DNA of 64,000 nt. Source: a virus (lineage: Duplodnaviria > Caudoviricetes). The DNA lies in IMG/VR virus record IMGVR_UViG_3300028048_000057, positions 97,443-161,442 of that record; one strand, 5' to 3'. Positions 30,434-40,446 of this stretch are shown here, piece after piece (position 1 is the stretch's first letter; each line of letters begins with the position of its first letter). The position numbers were made by a program, and so were the translations under genes. The notes under the pieces are model-generated. The model was not told the DNA's origin. It saw only the letters and a list, made by a program, of their open reading frames with translations, and ran no database searches.

Positions 30434-31648
30434 ATGACAAAACATGAGATTGTAAACTTAATAAAAGAAAGAAGAGCCTTACATGGTGGAATTTTAACCA
30501 AAGAAGATTTATTTGATATTGGTATGGCCCATAGACAACTTCCAAAAACAGAAAGAAGTTGGGCTTGGTTATTAAGTCTTACAGGGGGATTTGGTACTAG
30601 TGAAGCATATAGAGTTTTTATTGTGCATAGATTAAAGACCCAAGGTAACTTAGAATCTTTTGATAAGGAAAATGCTACAGAAGAAGAAAAACTTATTCAT
30701 CTTAAACATGAACTTCAAAAAGAAAGAATGAGAATTAGTGATGAAAGAACCAATCTCAATAAAACTTTAAGAGATGAAGCAAGAATTGAAAGATTAGAAG
30801 AAACAGTTAAAGAATGTGCTAGAAAGTATTCTAAACTTCCAAATGTAGTTAAAGGTACTTATAATAAAAGACTCCCATCTTCATATGCCTTTTTACCAAT
30901 TGCTGATTTACATTTAGGTGAAATTTTTGAAAATTATGTTAATTCTTATAACTATGAAGAAGCAGTTGAAAGAATTAATGTAGTTGCAGAAGAAACTATC
31001 CATTTCTGTAGAATGCATAATGTTCATACCCTTATGGTTGCCAATATGGGTGATTTAATTAGTGGTATCATTCATGTTGGTTTAAGATTAGGACAAGAAT
31101 ATGATGCTATTGACCAAACAATGAGAGCAGCAGAATTATTAGCAGAGTTTTTAAATGAAATTCAACAAGCATGTCCTACCATTGAATATAGAAGTGTTTT
31201 AGATAATCACTCTAGATTAATTGCAGATAAGAATCAAAATATTGCTTTAGAAAATTTAAATAGAATTTGTGATTGGTTTGTGGGAGAAAGACTAAAAGCC
31301 ACATCTATTAAGTTTATGAAAGATAATTTAGACCCAGGAGTTGGTAGGGTATATCTTCCAAATGGTAAACCTATTTTCTTTATGCATGGGCATGAAGATA
31401 AAAAATCAACAGTTGTTCAAGATATTATGGGAATGACTCATGAATTTCCAAGTTATATTGTGATGGCACATTATCACAATAGTGCAGAAAAGACTTATCA
31501 AGGAGCCAAAGTATTTATTACAGGAAGTCTTGTTGGCACAAATCCATATGCCTTCTCTAAAAGAATGTTTGGAGAACCTGAACAAAAATTATTAATCTTT
31601 GATGATAAAGACAATATCATTGATATCAACATTAGATGTAAAAAATAA
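30434..31648 (+). CDS. Calcineurin-like metallophosphoesterase with N-terminal coiled coil
   Basis: ADLHLG, MGDLI, DNH, HGH, AHYH. Confidence 0.8.
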   Translation: MTKHEIVNLIKERRALHGGILTKEDLFDIGMAHRQLPKTERSWAWLLSLTGGFGTSEAYRVFIVHRLKTQGNLESFDKENATEEEKLIHLKHELQKERMRISDERTNLNKTLRDEARIERLEETVKECARKYSKLPNVVKGTYNKRLPSSYAFLPIADLHLGEIFENYVNSYNYEEAVERINVVAEETIHFCRMHNVHTLMVANMGDLISGIIHVGLRLGQEYDAIDQTMRAAELLAEFLNEIQQACPTIEYRSVLDNHSRLIADKNQNIALENLNRICDWFVGERLKATSIKFMKDNLDPGVGRVYLPNGKPIFFMHGHEDKKSTVVQDIMGMTHEFPSYIVMAHYHNSAEKTYQGAKVFITGSLVGTNPYAFSKRMFGEPEQKLLIFDDKDNIIDINIRCKK

Positions 31649-31682
31649 TTAATTACTTACAAATGAAAGGAGGGTAATTAAT

Positions 31683-32603
31683 ATGAGTGTAAATTATACC
31701 AAATATCAACATATTGAAAAATGGGGAAGTGGTGAAGTAGAAGGTATCAATAAAGGTACTTGCTATCTTTTCTATAAAATAGATGGTACTAATGCTTCCA
31801 CATGGCTTAATGAAGGATTACAATTTGGTTCAAGAAATAGGCAATTAAGTTTAGATAATGATAATTCTAACTTCATGAAAATGATGACTAGTGACCCTAG
31901 ATTAAAACCTATGATTGAAGATTTATTGAAGTTTCTTCAAAATCATACTAATTTTATTGTTTATGGTGAGTGGTTAGTACCAACAAATATTAAAAGATAT
32001 AAAGATGATGCATGGAAAAATTTCTATATATTTGACATTTTAGATACAAATACAGATTGTTATATCAACTATGATATTTATTCTAAGTGGTTTGATGACC
32101 AATATCCTAATATCAAGTATATTCCACTTTTAGCCAAATTAGAAAATCCTACTGAAGAGGATATTAGAGCATTACTTCCTAAAACAGGGGAATTCCTAAT
32201 TAGTGAAGGTGTTGGTGAAGGTATTGTTATTAAAAACTATGATTATGTTAATAAATATGGTAGAAGAACATGGGCAAAGATGTTAACCGAAGATTTTCTC
32301 ATGAACAAAAAAGAAAATAGAAGTCAAAAGAAAGTTGCTCAAGAAAAGGGTGAATCTATTGAAAGAGACATTATTAAACTCATGACAGTAGACCATGTAC
32401 TCAAAGAAAAAGCAAAAATAATGGAAAATAAAGGTTCTACTACATGGGAATCTAAATTTACATTTGAACTTCTTAATAGAGCATTTAATGAATTTTTTAG
32501 AGATAATTGGGAAATCATACTTAAAAAATTTCACAACCCAACTATCAACTTTCAAGTTCTTAAAAAATATAGTGATGACTTTGTTAAGAGTATAATATTA
32601 TAG
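31683..32603 (+). CDS. Rnl2-family RNA ligase
   Basis: KYQHI, KIDGTNAS, GSRN, YGEW, FDI, EGIVIK, WAK. Confidence 0.85.
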   Translation: MSVNYTKYQHIEKWGSGEVEGINKGTCYLFYKIDGTNASTWLNEGLQFGSRNRQLSLDNDNSNFMKMMTSDPRLKPMIEDLLKFLQNHTNFIVYGEWLVPTNIKRYKDDAWKNFYIFDILDTNTDCYINYDIYSKWFDDQYPNIKYIPLLAKLENPTEEDIRALLPKTGEFLISEGVGEGIVIKNYDYVNKYGRRTWAKMLTEDFLMNKKENRSQKKVAQEKGESIERDIIKLMTVDHVLKEKAKIMENKGSTTWESKFTFELLNRAFNEFFRDNWEIILKKFHNPTINFQVLKKYSDDFVKSIIL

Positions 32604-32614
32604 GAGAAATTACT

Positions 32615-32995
32615 ATGTCCAAAAGAGATGTTAATAATATTTATTTACAACAACAAATGCTTTATTTTGGCATGTTAGAAAATGCTAAAGAGTTTGATAG
32701 AATGTATAAAGCAGGAGAAATTTCAAAAGAAAGATTTGAACAAGCCCAAAGAGAAGTGGAAAGAGTTAAAGATAACTATATGCAAATTAGTTACTTTATG
32801 CTTGAATTACAAAAACCATTTAAGAAAAGAGAAAGACAAGAATGGGAAAGAATAAATAAAGTGCTTTATGATTCTTTAGAAGGGTATTCTAAAGAGGCTT
32901 TATTAGATGAAAGCAAGGATGCTTTAGCAGATTTTAGAAAATTAATTGAAGAATCTAAAAAAGAAAGTGAGATTAAAAAAGATGAACTTAGATAA
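32615..32995 (+). CDS. Hypothetical protein
   Basis: 126-aa ORF with AGGAG RBS. Confidence 0.55.
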   Translation: MSKRDVNNIYLQQQMLYFGMLENAKEFDRMYKAGEISKERFEQAQREVERVKDNYMQISYFMLELQKPFKKRERQEWERINKVLYDSLEGYSKEALLDESKDALADFRKLIEESKKESEIKKDELR

Positions 32996-33266
32996 AATTA
33001 AAGAATTTTTAACTCAATTGAATATTACTAAGGAAGGTAAACTAGAAGGAAATAAATACATTATTAATTTAGGTGATAGTAATGCCTATTCTAGAATGTA
33101 TACTATTTTAGATAAAAGTGAATTAGTTGATTTAGACATTGAAAACATTTCTATGAATGAAGAAGAATCTAAGATGATTTATCTTAGTGATGATTATGAC
33201 CTTACTTTAGATGCAAATTTTAATGATAACACATATACACTTACTATTGAGGAGGCAAATGATTAA
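32946..33266 (+). CDS. Hypothetical protein
   Basis: Coupled ORF (likely start at ATG 32982). Confidence 0.5.
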   Translation: MKNLKKKVRLKKMNLDKIKEFLTQLNITKEGKLEGNKYIINLGDSNAYSRMYTILDKSELVDLDIENISMNEEESKMIYLSDDYDLTLDANFNDNTYTLTIEEAND

Positions 33267-34027
33267 TGGCTTATAAAAATGCAAAAAGAATTTATGATAA
33301 AGAAGTTCTTAGTGTTAGAGCAGATGAAATTAATATGCTCAAAAATAAAAAGAACTATAAATTAGTCACTACAATTGTGGGTAGATTAAAAGATGTTTTA
33401 AGAACAAATAAAGACATTGTTGCTTTAAGTGCTCCTCAAATTGGATATCCTTATAGAATTTTTTGTGTAAAATTTAGTGATGATGAAATTAGAGGTTTTG
33501 TAAATCCTTTAATTTATAAATATTCTCCAGAAATTCATTTAAGTAGAGAAATTCAATTAGGACATAACTCTAATGTAGAATATATTGTACCTAGATTTAA
33601 TGAAATTGAGATGAGTTTTCAAACTCCAGTAGGTAATTTACAATCAAATATGTTTACTGAAGTAGTTGGTGAAGTTATGCAACAAATGGATGACTTACTA
33701 AATGGAGTTTTACTTGAAGACTATGGTCTTGAAGTTATTGAAGGTTTTGATGAAGCATCTCAAGAAGAAAGAGAAGAAATCATTAAAATGTATTTAGAAC
33801 ACCTTCAAAAACAAAAAGATGATTTACAAAAAGTCATTGAAGAAGATAAAGAAAATGCTAAGATTAATGAAGCAATTGAATTCATGGAACAAGCAAAACT
33901 AGGTAACATTGAAGTTAAGTTTGAAGAAAAACCAAAAACTTCTAAAAAACCTACTAAAGTAGAAACTAAACCAAGAAAGAAAACCATTAAAGAAATCCTT
34001 AAAGATATTGATGAAATTAGAGAATAA
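33266..34027 (+). CDS. Peptide deformylase homolog lacking catalytic motifs
   Basis: VLSVRA, ALSAPQIG, RIF, FVNP.I, VPR retained; EGCLS and HEXXH absent. Confidence 0.75.
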   Translation: MAYKNAKRIYDKEVLSVRADEINMLKNKKNYKLVTTIVGRLKDVLRTNKDIVALSAPQIGYPYRIFCVKFSDDEIRGFVNPLIYKYSPEIHLSREIQLGHNSNVEYIVPRFNEIEMSFQTPVGNLQSNMFTEVVGEVMQQMDDLLNGVLLEDYGLEVIEGFDEASQEEREEIIKMYLEHLQKQKDDLQKVIEEDKENAKINEAIEFMEQAKLGNIEVKFEEKPKTSKKPTKVETKPRKKTIKEILKDIDEIRE

Positions 34028-34033
34028 TTAAAT

Positions 34034-34420
34034 ATGGAATTTAAATATGATGGTGTAACTACCTATAACAATAGCATTGATATAGATAATATTTATCAAA
34101 CATGTCTAAAGGCCACTGATGAAAATAATATGAATTATTATTTAATCATTAGAACTTTATTAGGAGAATGTTCTTGTTTAGAGTATGGGCCATTAGTTGA
34201 AGGAGACCCTTTACTTCCAGATAATACAAAAATTGAATTTTCAAGATTTGAGAGTGATGATTTTAAACTTAAAAAGATGATAAAGAAGTTTTTATCTCCT
34301 AGAAATAAAGGAAGAACTCAAATAGTAGATGTTTATGAAATTCAATTTAAAGAGGCTTTGGATGAAGGAATAGACTTATTAAAATATATGAGAGGATTTA
34401 GTAAGGAGAGTAACTACTAA
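34034..34420 (+). CDS. Hypothetical protein
   Basis: 128-aa ORF. Confidence 0.55.
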   Translation: MEFKYDGVTTYNNSIDIDNIYQTCLKATDENNMNYYLIIRTLLGECSCLEYGPLVEGDPLLPDNTKIEFSRFESDDFKLKKMIKKFLSPRNKGRTQIVDVYEIQFKEALDEGIDLLKYMRGFSKESNY

Positions 34421-34656
34421 TGAGAGAAAATGTAAAAGATTTCTATGGTAGAATAATTGGTACTAGAGAAACACAAACAAATGGAAATGTAATTGCTAGG
34501 GATATGCATGGTAAGATTCTTGGAAAATATGATAAAGCACAAAATGTTACTATGGATTTCTATGGTAAAATCATAGCCAGAGGGGACACCACTAGTGCTC
34601 TTATATGGCAAGCCTATAATGAATATTTGCAACAAATAAATTTAACTAAAAAATAA
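34420..34656 (+). CDS. Small beta-repeat protein
   Basis: Three D(F/M)(Y/H)G(K/R)I repeats. Confidence 0.55.
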   Translation: MRENVKDFYGRIIGTRETQTNGNVIARDMHGKILGKYDKAQNVTMDFYGKIIARGDTTSALIWQAYNEYLQQINLTKK

Positions 34657-34678
34657 GGGGTTAAAAATCCCTTTTTTT
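34655..34678 (+). terminator. Intrinsic terminator
   Basis: AAGGGG-ttaaaaa-TCCCTT followed by T tract. Confidence 0.65.
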
Positions 34679-34682
34679 ATTG

Positions 34683-34711
34683 TTGACATGTTTTTAATTT
34701 ATGCTTATAAT
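34683..34711 (+). promoter_or_regulatory. Consensus sigma70/SigA early promoter
   Basis: TTGACA-17-TATAAT. Confidence 0.85.
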
Positions 34712-34731
34712 ATAATCAGAGGTAAGGAAAC

Positions 34732-35037
34732 ATGACAAAAGCACAAGAAAAAATGGTTAATAAAATTAAAGTTATGATGGAACAAGAATTCTTTTATGAC
34801 AAAGAAAAATATGAAATTAAAAGATTTGATGTTACTGAAACAGAATACTTTGTTAGTGTTTGTGGTGAAGTAGGATTAAAGGGTGATGAAGGCACTTTAG
34901 CCCAAGTTTTTGGAAGAGAAAGATTTCAATTATTTATTGGCAAAAATGGTGGAATCACTTATTATAATAGAAAAGGAACAAATAAACATCTTAAGAGATA
35001 TGAAGGTCTTTTAACAATTAGTCTTGCTCAAAGATAA
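34732..35037 (+). CDS. Early hypothetical protein
   Basis: Promoter plus CAGAGGT RBS. Confidence 0.65.
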   Translation: MTKAQEKMVNKIKVMMEQEFFYDKEKYEIKRFDVTETEYFVSVCGEVGLKGDEGTLAQVFGRERFQLFIGKNGGITYYNRKGTNKHLKRYEGLLTISLAQR

Positions 35038-35046
35038 AAAAAATTA

Positions 35047-35075
35047 TTGACACATTATTAAAATAATGTTATATT
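35047..35075 (+). promoter_or_regulatory. Sigma70/SigA early promoter
   Basis: TTGACA-17-TATATT. Confidence 0.75.
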
Positions 35076-35095
35076 ATTTTCAGAGGTAGAAAAAC

Positions 35096-35947
35096 ATGAC
35101 ACAAGAACAATTAAAAGAAAGAATCCAAAAGGCAGAAGCCAAAATTGAAAAGATTGAAAGAAGAATCACAAAATGGCAAAAGGCTCAAACTAGAGAAGCC
35201 TTCCTTAAAGCAGATGGTTGGTTACTTAACATGGGTAGAGATGAAGAATATCTTTGGAATGAATACATCAAGAATTGTAATTGGGAACTTGACCATGCAG
35301 TTCAAGATTTACATGATGCTCAAGTTACTCTTGAAAAATATCAAAACTTGTTAGCCTTGGAAGAAGCAAAAGATAATGAATTTGAAACCAATAGAATCAT
35401 GGTTATTTGGGAATTCTTACTTCACTATAAAGAAGAAGTTGCTCAATACATTAGAAACAACATGAAGGTTCTCAATGAATATTATGAGGTTAATAGTAGG
35501 GCATGTGATTGGCACAATAACAATCGCTATAAAGTATATAATGGTGAAATGACCAAAGAAGAGTACAATAGAGTGTATAATGAACTCAATCAAAGAGAAA
35601 AAGAACTTGAAGCATCTATTCACCCTTATACAAAGTTAGTTGCCACTAGAAATTATCCTGAAAAAGAAAGAATTGTTGATGAAGCAAAGTTAGATGAAAT
35701 TCTTCTTAAGGATTGTAAGGCTAGATACTTCCAATTAGTCAATGAAGTAACTGAGATTACAGGAATCATCTTAGATGCTACAAACCTTAATATGAGAGGT
35801 GGAGAACTCAATGGAATTATCATTGGTGAAAAAGGTAAAGCAAAAGTTCAAACCTTCTCTGCAGGAGGACATTCAACTCACATTATTGTTAATGAAAAAC
35901 ATGGTCAGTGTTTCCATTATAGACATAAAGTATCAAGGGTAGATTAA
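35096..35947 (+). CDS. Early phage protein
   Basis: 283-aa ORF; C-terminal ELNGII.GEKG.AKV.T..AGG..QCFHYR pattern; promoter and RBS. Confidence 0.65.
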   Translation: MTQEQLKERIQKAEAKIEKIERRITKWQKAQTREAFLKADGWLLNMGRDEEYLWNEYIKNCNWELDHAVQDLHDAQVTLEKYQNLLALEEAKDNEFETNRIMVIWEFLLHYKEEVAQYIRNNMKVLNEYYEVNSRACDWHNNNRYKVYNGEMTKEEYNRVYNELNQREKELEASIHPYTKLVATRNYPEKERIVDEAKLDEILLKDCKARYFQLVNEVTEITGIILDATNLNMRGGELNGIIIGEKGKAKVQTFSAGGHSTHIIVNEKHGQCFHYRHKVSRVD

Positions 35948-35988
35948 TTATCTATCCTTTTAGTCTTTTAAGTGTATAATAAATAGAG

Positions 35989-36696
35989 GTGTATATATAT
36001 ATGAGTAAAAAAAGTTTAATGCAAGACCCAAACATGAGAAATTATGAATGGGGTCAATCAGTTTGTGCTACTAGAGTAAATAGCCTCATTGAAGAAGTTT
36101 CTAACATGGATTTGGATTCTAAACTTAGACTTAATAAATTTAAAATTTTTATTGAGAAGTTTAGAAAAGAATGGGATGGCTATATTTATAAAATAGGTAA
36201 AACAAAACCATCTAAATATGAAATGAAATTTAATTATCTAAAGACATATAAATATCGTGGTTATAAAATTAAAGTATTTAATGATGATTATGGTCAACAA
36301 TACTATTTCTACTTTAATAATGAGTGCCATGGATGTGGAACATATAACTTTGATTATGAAGGATGTATAAGATATGAAGTAGACCATTATTTAGATGATA
36401 TCTTTGATTTTTGGGACTTAGATATCAAATATGCAGGGGCTCGTTTAAAATTTAATAATCATGAACATACAGAGATTTTATTTACCTATAGAATGGATTC
36501 TTTAAAAATTTTCTTTCCTAATGAAGATGGTACCTTTGACATTGAAGATATTAAAAAACAATGTGTTAAAATGTTAGATGAGTTATTTGCAAGTGAAGAA
36601 TTTCAAAAAAGTGAATCAGAAAGAAAAGCAAGTGGAAATCTTTATTTTAGTGAGATGATATCACAAATGGAAGAAGAAGATGAAAACAACAAATAA
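35989..36696 (+). CDS. Hypothetical protein
   Basis: 235-aa ORF after GTGTATAAT motif. Confidence 0.55.
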   Translation: MYIYMSKKSLMQDPNMRNYEWGQSVCATRVNSLIEEVSNMDLDSKLRLNKFKIFIEKFRKEWDGYIYKIGKTKPSKYEMKFNYLKTYKYRGYKIKVFNDDYGQQYYFYFNNECHGCGTYNFDYEGCIRYEVDHYLDDIFDFWDLDIKYAGARLKFNNHEHTEILFTYRMDSLKIFFPNEDGTFDIEDIKKQCVKMLDELFASEEFQKSESERKASGNLYFSEMISQMEEEDENNK

Positions 36697-36870
36697 TTTT
36701 GTAGAATTACTTAAAAATAACCCAAATAAAGAGTTTTTGATTAAAATCAAAGGATTTTATATGCCTATTGAATTTTGTGGCTTAGAATTTGATTCTATAG
36801 TGTTTAAATTAAGACCAGACTTTGAAGATAATATAGAGAAGATTAATTTTGAAAGAGAATAATAATATTT

Positions 36871-37740
36871 ATGACATATAAACAATTTAAAGAAAAGTTT
36901 GATAAAACAAAAAGGAAGGAGTTATTTTGGACTTTTATGGGAATGAGAATTAAAGAATTGTGGGGTATATTTTTAACTACCTCTTTTATGAGACATATTT
37001 CATTTTTATGGCATTGGAAAAATTTTTTCTTTTGTTTAAAGTATCCTTTTTGGAAGGCCAGAAATGTTTGGTCAGGAAAATTTATGGGATACACTCATAC
37101 TTGGTATGATGATATCCCAGAAGGATGGAAAATTGCTTTTGGTAAAAATTTAAGTAAAGATATATTAAAAGCAGGAAGACAAACAAGAAAAAGATTAGAA
37201 AAACATGTTTCTTGGGAAGATATGCTTTCATTTCAACAAATTAAAGAAAAATGGGGAGTACTTTGTCTTTATGCATCTGCATCTAAAGAAATTCAGGAAG
37301 TGTTAGATTATTATGAACATCTATCTCAAGGATATTGTATTTGTTGTGGAAAACCAGCAAGATATATTACTAAAGGATGGGTTTCATTCCAATGTGAGAA
37401 TTGTTTTGTAAAAAATGATTGTTACACATATAAAGATGGAAATAAAGTCCCTTTAGAAGGAGAAGCACTAGAAAAACATAAACAAGAGTGTAGATTAACT
37501 AAAAAAGACATTCCTAGTATTTATACTTATGACTATAAATTGATTAAAACTGAAATGTTTTCAAATGAAGAAGATTGTAATAGAAAGTATGAGGCTCTTT
37601 GGGATAATCCTAATAGACCTGAGGGGGAAATTTATATTAAACTTTTAGATGTAGCAATTGAATATAAACAATCTATTAAACAAGAAGTTAGTCTTAAAGA
37701 AAAATATGGTATTGACTTTGAACAATTATGGGATTTATAA
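36871..37740 (+). CDS. Phage protein with C4 zinc ribbon
   Basis: GW..QIKEKWG.L..CICCGKP..GW..CENC. Confidence 0.6.
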   Translation: MTYKQFKEKFDKTKRKELFWTFMGMRIKELWGIFLTTSFMRHISFLWHWKNFFFCLKYPFWKARNVWSGKFMGYTHTWYDDIPEGWKIAFGKNLSKDILKAGRQTRKRLEKHVSWEDMLSFQQIKEKWGVLCLYASASKEIQEVLDYYEHLSQGYCICCGKPARYITKGWVSFQCENCFVKNDCYTYKDGNKVPLEGEALEKHKQECRLTKKDIPSIYTYDYKLIKTEMFSNEEDCNRKYEALWDNPNRPEGEIYIKLLDVAIEYKQSIKQEVSLKEKYGIDFEQLWDL

Positions 37741-37974
37741 TAAATAATAAGGAGGATATTTATTTATGTCAGTAATAACTATATTATCTAGTATTGGAGT
37801 AATTTTAGGAAGCCTTTGTTTAGAAATGATTCTATTATTAGGTCTAGAAACATCAAAAGGAAAAAAGATTACTAAGAAGATTAAAAATAAGATTAGACAT
37901 TTATGGTGGACTTATTTTGATTATAAAAATGATTTTGTGGAAAAAGACTAATTTCTAGTTGTATAATAAATTAT

Positions 37975-39816
37975 ATGAAAGAAGAAAGAATATTAGTAAT
38001 AATTGAATCTAAGAATAAAGTTGATACAATAAAACCTTATCTACCTAAAAATTATATTGTAATGGCTTGTAATGGACATATTACAGAATTAAGTGATGGT
38101 AGTGGTTATTTTAATACAGGTATTGATATTGAAGAAGGATTTAAACCAGATTTCAAGGTATCTAAAAGTCAATTAACCACAGTAAAGGCTCTTAAAGAAC
38201 AAGTTAAACTTGCAGATAAAGTTTATTTATGTACAGACCCAGATAGAGAGGGAGAATCAATTGCTTGGGCACTTAAAGAATTCTTAAAGATACCTACAAA
38301 TAAATGCTATAGAGCAACCTTTCATGAAATAACTAAAAATGCAGTTCTTAAGGCTTTAGAAAATCCTAGAAAAATAGATAATAATTTAGTCCATGCATCT
38401 CATGCTAGACAAAAATTAGATAAACTTTTAGGCTATAGAATGTCATCAATTGCTAGAGATAATGTTGGAGCCAAAAGTGTAGGAAGATGTCAAAGTGCTG
38501 GATTAGAATTAATTGCCAATAGAGAAGACTCAATTACTTCTTTTATTCCAGATAAATATGGTGAACTTGTTGCTACTTTAACAAAAGATGGACAAGAATT
38601 TAGAGCCAAATATTTTAATACAAATGATAGAGAAACTAAACCATCTTACTCAAAATGCTTAGAAGTTTTTGATATAATTAATAAATCATTAAAGAAAGAT
38701 GGTAAATTTAAAGTTGAATCTATTGAAAGAAAAAAGATTAGGTCAAATCCAAAACCACCATTTATCACTTCTACCTTTCAACAAGAAGTCTCTAGTAAAT
38801 TAGGGATTAGTGTAGAAGTTGCACAATCTTTAGCCCAAAAATTATTTGAAGGAATTAATGTTAATGGCCAACATATTGCTTTAATCACTTATATTAGAAC
38901 AGATGATGCCTCTTTTAGTCCAGAGTTTTTAGTTAATCTTGAACAATTTGTTAAATCTAAATATGGGGATAAATATTATGCTCCTGTTAGAGAAACTAAA
39001 AATAGTGAAACTGCTCAAGAAGGACATGAAGCAATTAGACCAATTGACCTTAACATGACTCCAGAAATGCTTAAAGAACATATAAAAGATGAAAAATTAA
39101 TAAAAGTCTATGACATTATTTATAGAAGAACTATTGCTTGTGCAATGGCTCAATCTCTAACAAGTGAAACTATTTATACTTTAAGCCAAAGTGGTTATTT
39201 ATTTAACATGACATCTAAAGAATTAATCTTTGATGGTTATCAAAAAGTATATAACTATAAAGAAAAAGAGGATGAAGAGTTAATTAAAGTTACTTTCAAT
39301 GAAGGTGAATTAGTTAAATGTTCTAATTTAACAGTAGAAGAAAAAGAAACAAATCCACCTGCAAGATATAAAGAGGCAACTTTCATCAAGGAGTTAGAGA
39401 AAACAGGAATTGGAAGGCCTAGTACTTACTCTACAATTGTTAAAACTTTAAAAGATGAAGGTAGAGGATATTGTACTTTGCAAAAAGGATATTTAATACC
39501 TACAGATAAAGGGATGAAATTAGCCAACTTCTTAAAGGAAAAATTTCCAGATTTAATTAATGTAGAGTATACTTCTAACATGGAATCTGATTTAGATAAA
39601 ATTGCTAAGGGTAAATTAGATGAAATCCAATTTCTAAACACTTTCTTAAATAATATGGAAAAAGCAATTAAGAAGGCTAATGTAAATAGTGGAGAGGTAT
39701 TATGTCCAAAGTGTGGAGCCCCTATGAAAATTAGAAAAGGTCAATATGGTTCTTTTTATGGATGTACTAATTATCCAAATTGTGATGGAGTTAGAAAAAT
39801 TAATAAAAAATATTGA
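37975..39816 (+). CDS. topA: DNA topoisomerase IA
   Basis: TDPDREGE, SVGRCQS, ITYIRTD (catalytic Tyr), HEAIRP, GIGRPSTY, C-terminal zinc ribbon. Confidence 0.95.
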   Translation: MKEERILVIIESKNKVDTIKPYLPKNYIVMACNGHITELSDGSGYFNTGIDIEEGFKPDFKVSKSQLTTVKALKEQVKLADKVYLCTDPDREGESIAWALKEFLKIPTNKCYRATFHEITKNAVLKALENPRKIDNNLVHASHARQKLDKLLGYRMSSIARDNVGAKSVGRCQSAGLELIANREDSITSFIPDKYGELVATLTKDGQEFRAKYFNTNDRETKPSYSKCLEVFDIINKSLKKDGKFKVESIERKKIRSNPKPPFITSTFQQEVSSKLGISVEVAQSLAQKLFEGINVNGQHIALITYIRTDDASFSPEFLVNLEQFVKSKYGDKYYAPVRETKNSETAQEGHEAIRPIDLNMTPEMLKEHIKDEKLIKVYDIIYRRTIACAMAQSLTSETIYTLSQSGYLFNMTSKELIFDGYQKVYNYKEKEDEELIKVTFNEGELVKCSNLTVEEKETNPPARYKEATFIKELEKTGIGRPSTYSTIVKTLKDEGRGYCTLQKGYLIPTDKGMKLANFLKEKFPDLINVEYTSNMESDLDKIAKGKLDEIQFLNTFLNNMEKAIKKANVNSGEVLCPKCGAPMKIRKGQYGSFYGCTNYPNCDGVRKINKKY

Positions 39817-39841
39817 CACATACAAATTATTTAATTATACT
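39813..39841 (+). promoter_or_regulatory. Sigma70/SigA early promoter
   Basis: TTGACA-17-TATACT. Confidence 0.75.
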
Positions 39842-39846
39842 AATAA

Positions 39847-40446
39847 GTGATAGTGGAGGTACAACTTATGGTAGCCAGAAGAGTTAAACCAGGTGTTCTT
39901 AAAATTATTAATAAACCTTTTGATGAATCAATGATTGAATCTTATACTCTATTAAATGTAAGTGAAGAAGATGCTTTAGCACTTCTCTTTGCTTCTATTA
40001 ATATAGAAAAAGAAGATGAAACTACATTTGTAATTAAATATGAAAATGATGAATTGGTTTCTAAAATGTATAAAGCAATTGCCCATAAACATAAAGAAAA
40101 CAATCCAGATTTCATTGATGTTAGTGTTAGGTATGAATTGGATATGGATGCTATTCCAGGAACTAGTGTTCTTGTAAGAGACCCAGAAAAACAAACTATT
40201 AAAGTAGCCTATAGAAAATCTACTAATTTTTCAAAGGCATGTAATATCAATAGACTGTTTATTAACAATGCTCAAAGAGATTCTTTCTTTAGAGATGTTA
40301 AAAATGGAAGTGAGTATAAAAAGACAGAAAAATATGTACTTAGTTCAGTTGATAAAGAAACCTACTCAAAATGGTCTTCCTTCATGAATGATAGATACTT
40401 TGAAATTGTTACCCAATTAAAGAAAGGAAGTAATGCTAATGCCTAA
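39847..40446 (+). CDS. Hypothetical protein co-transcribed with FtsH-like protease
   Basis: ORF overlapping the next start; GGAGGT RBS before ATG 39868. Confidence 0.55.
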   Translation: MIVEVQLMVARRVKPGVLKIINKPFDESMIESYTLLNVSEEDALALLFASINIEKEDETTFVIKYENDELVSKMYKAIAHKHKENNPDFIDVSVRYELDMDAIPGTSVLVRDPEKQTIKVAYRKSTNFSKACNINRLFINNAQRDSFFRDVKNGSEYKKTEKYVLSSVDKETYSKWSSFMNDRYFEIVTQLKKGSNANA

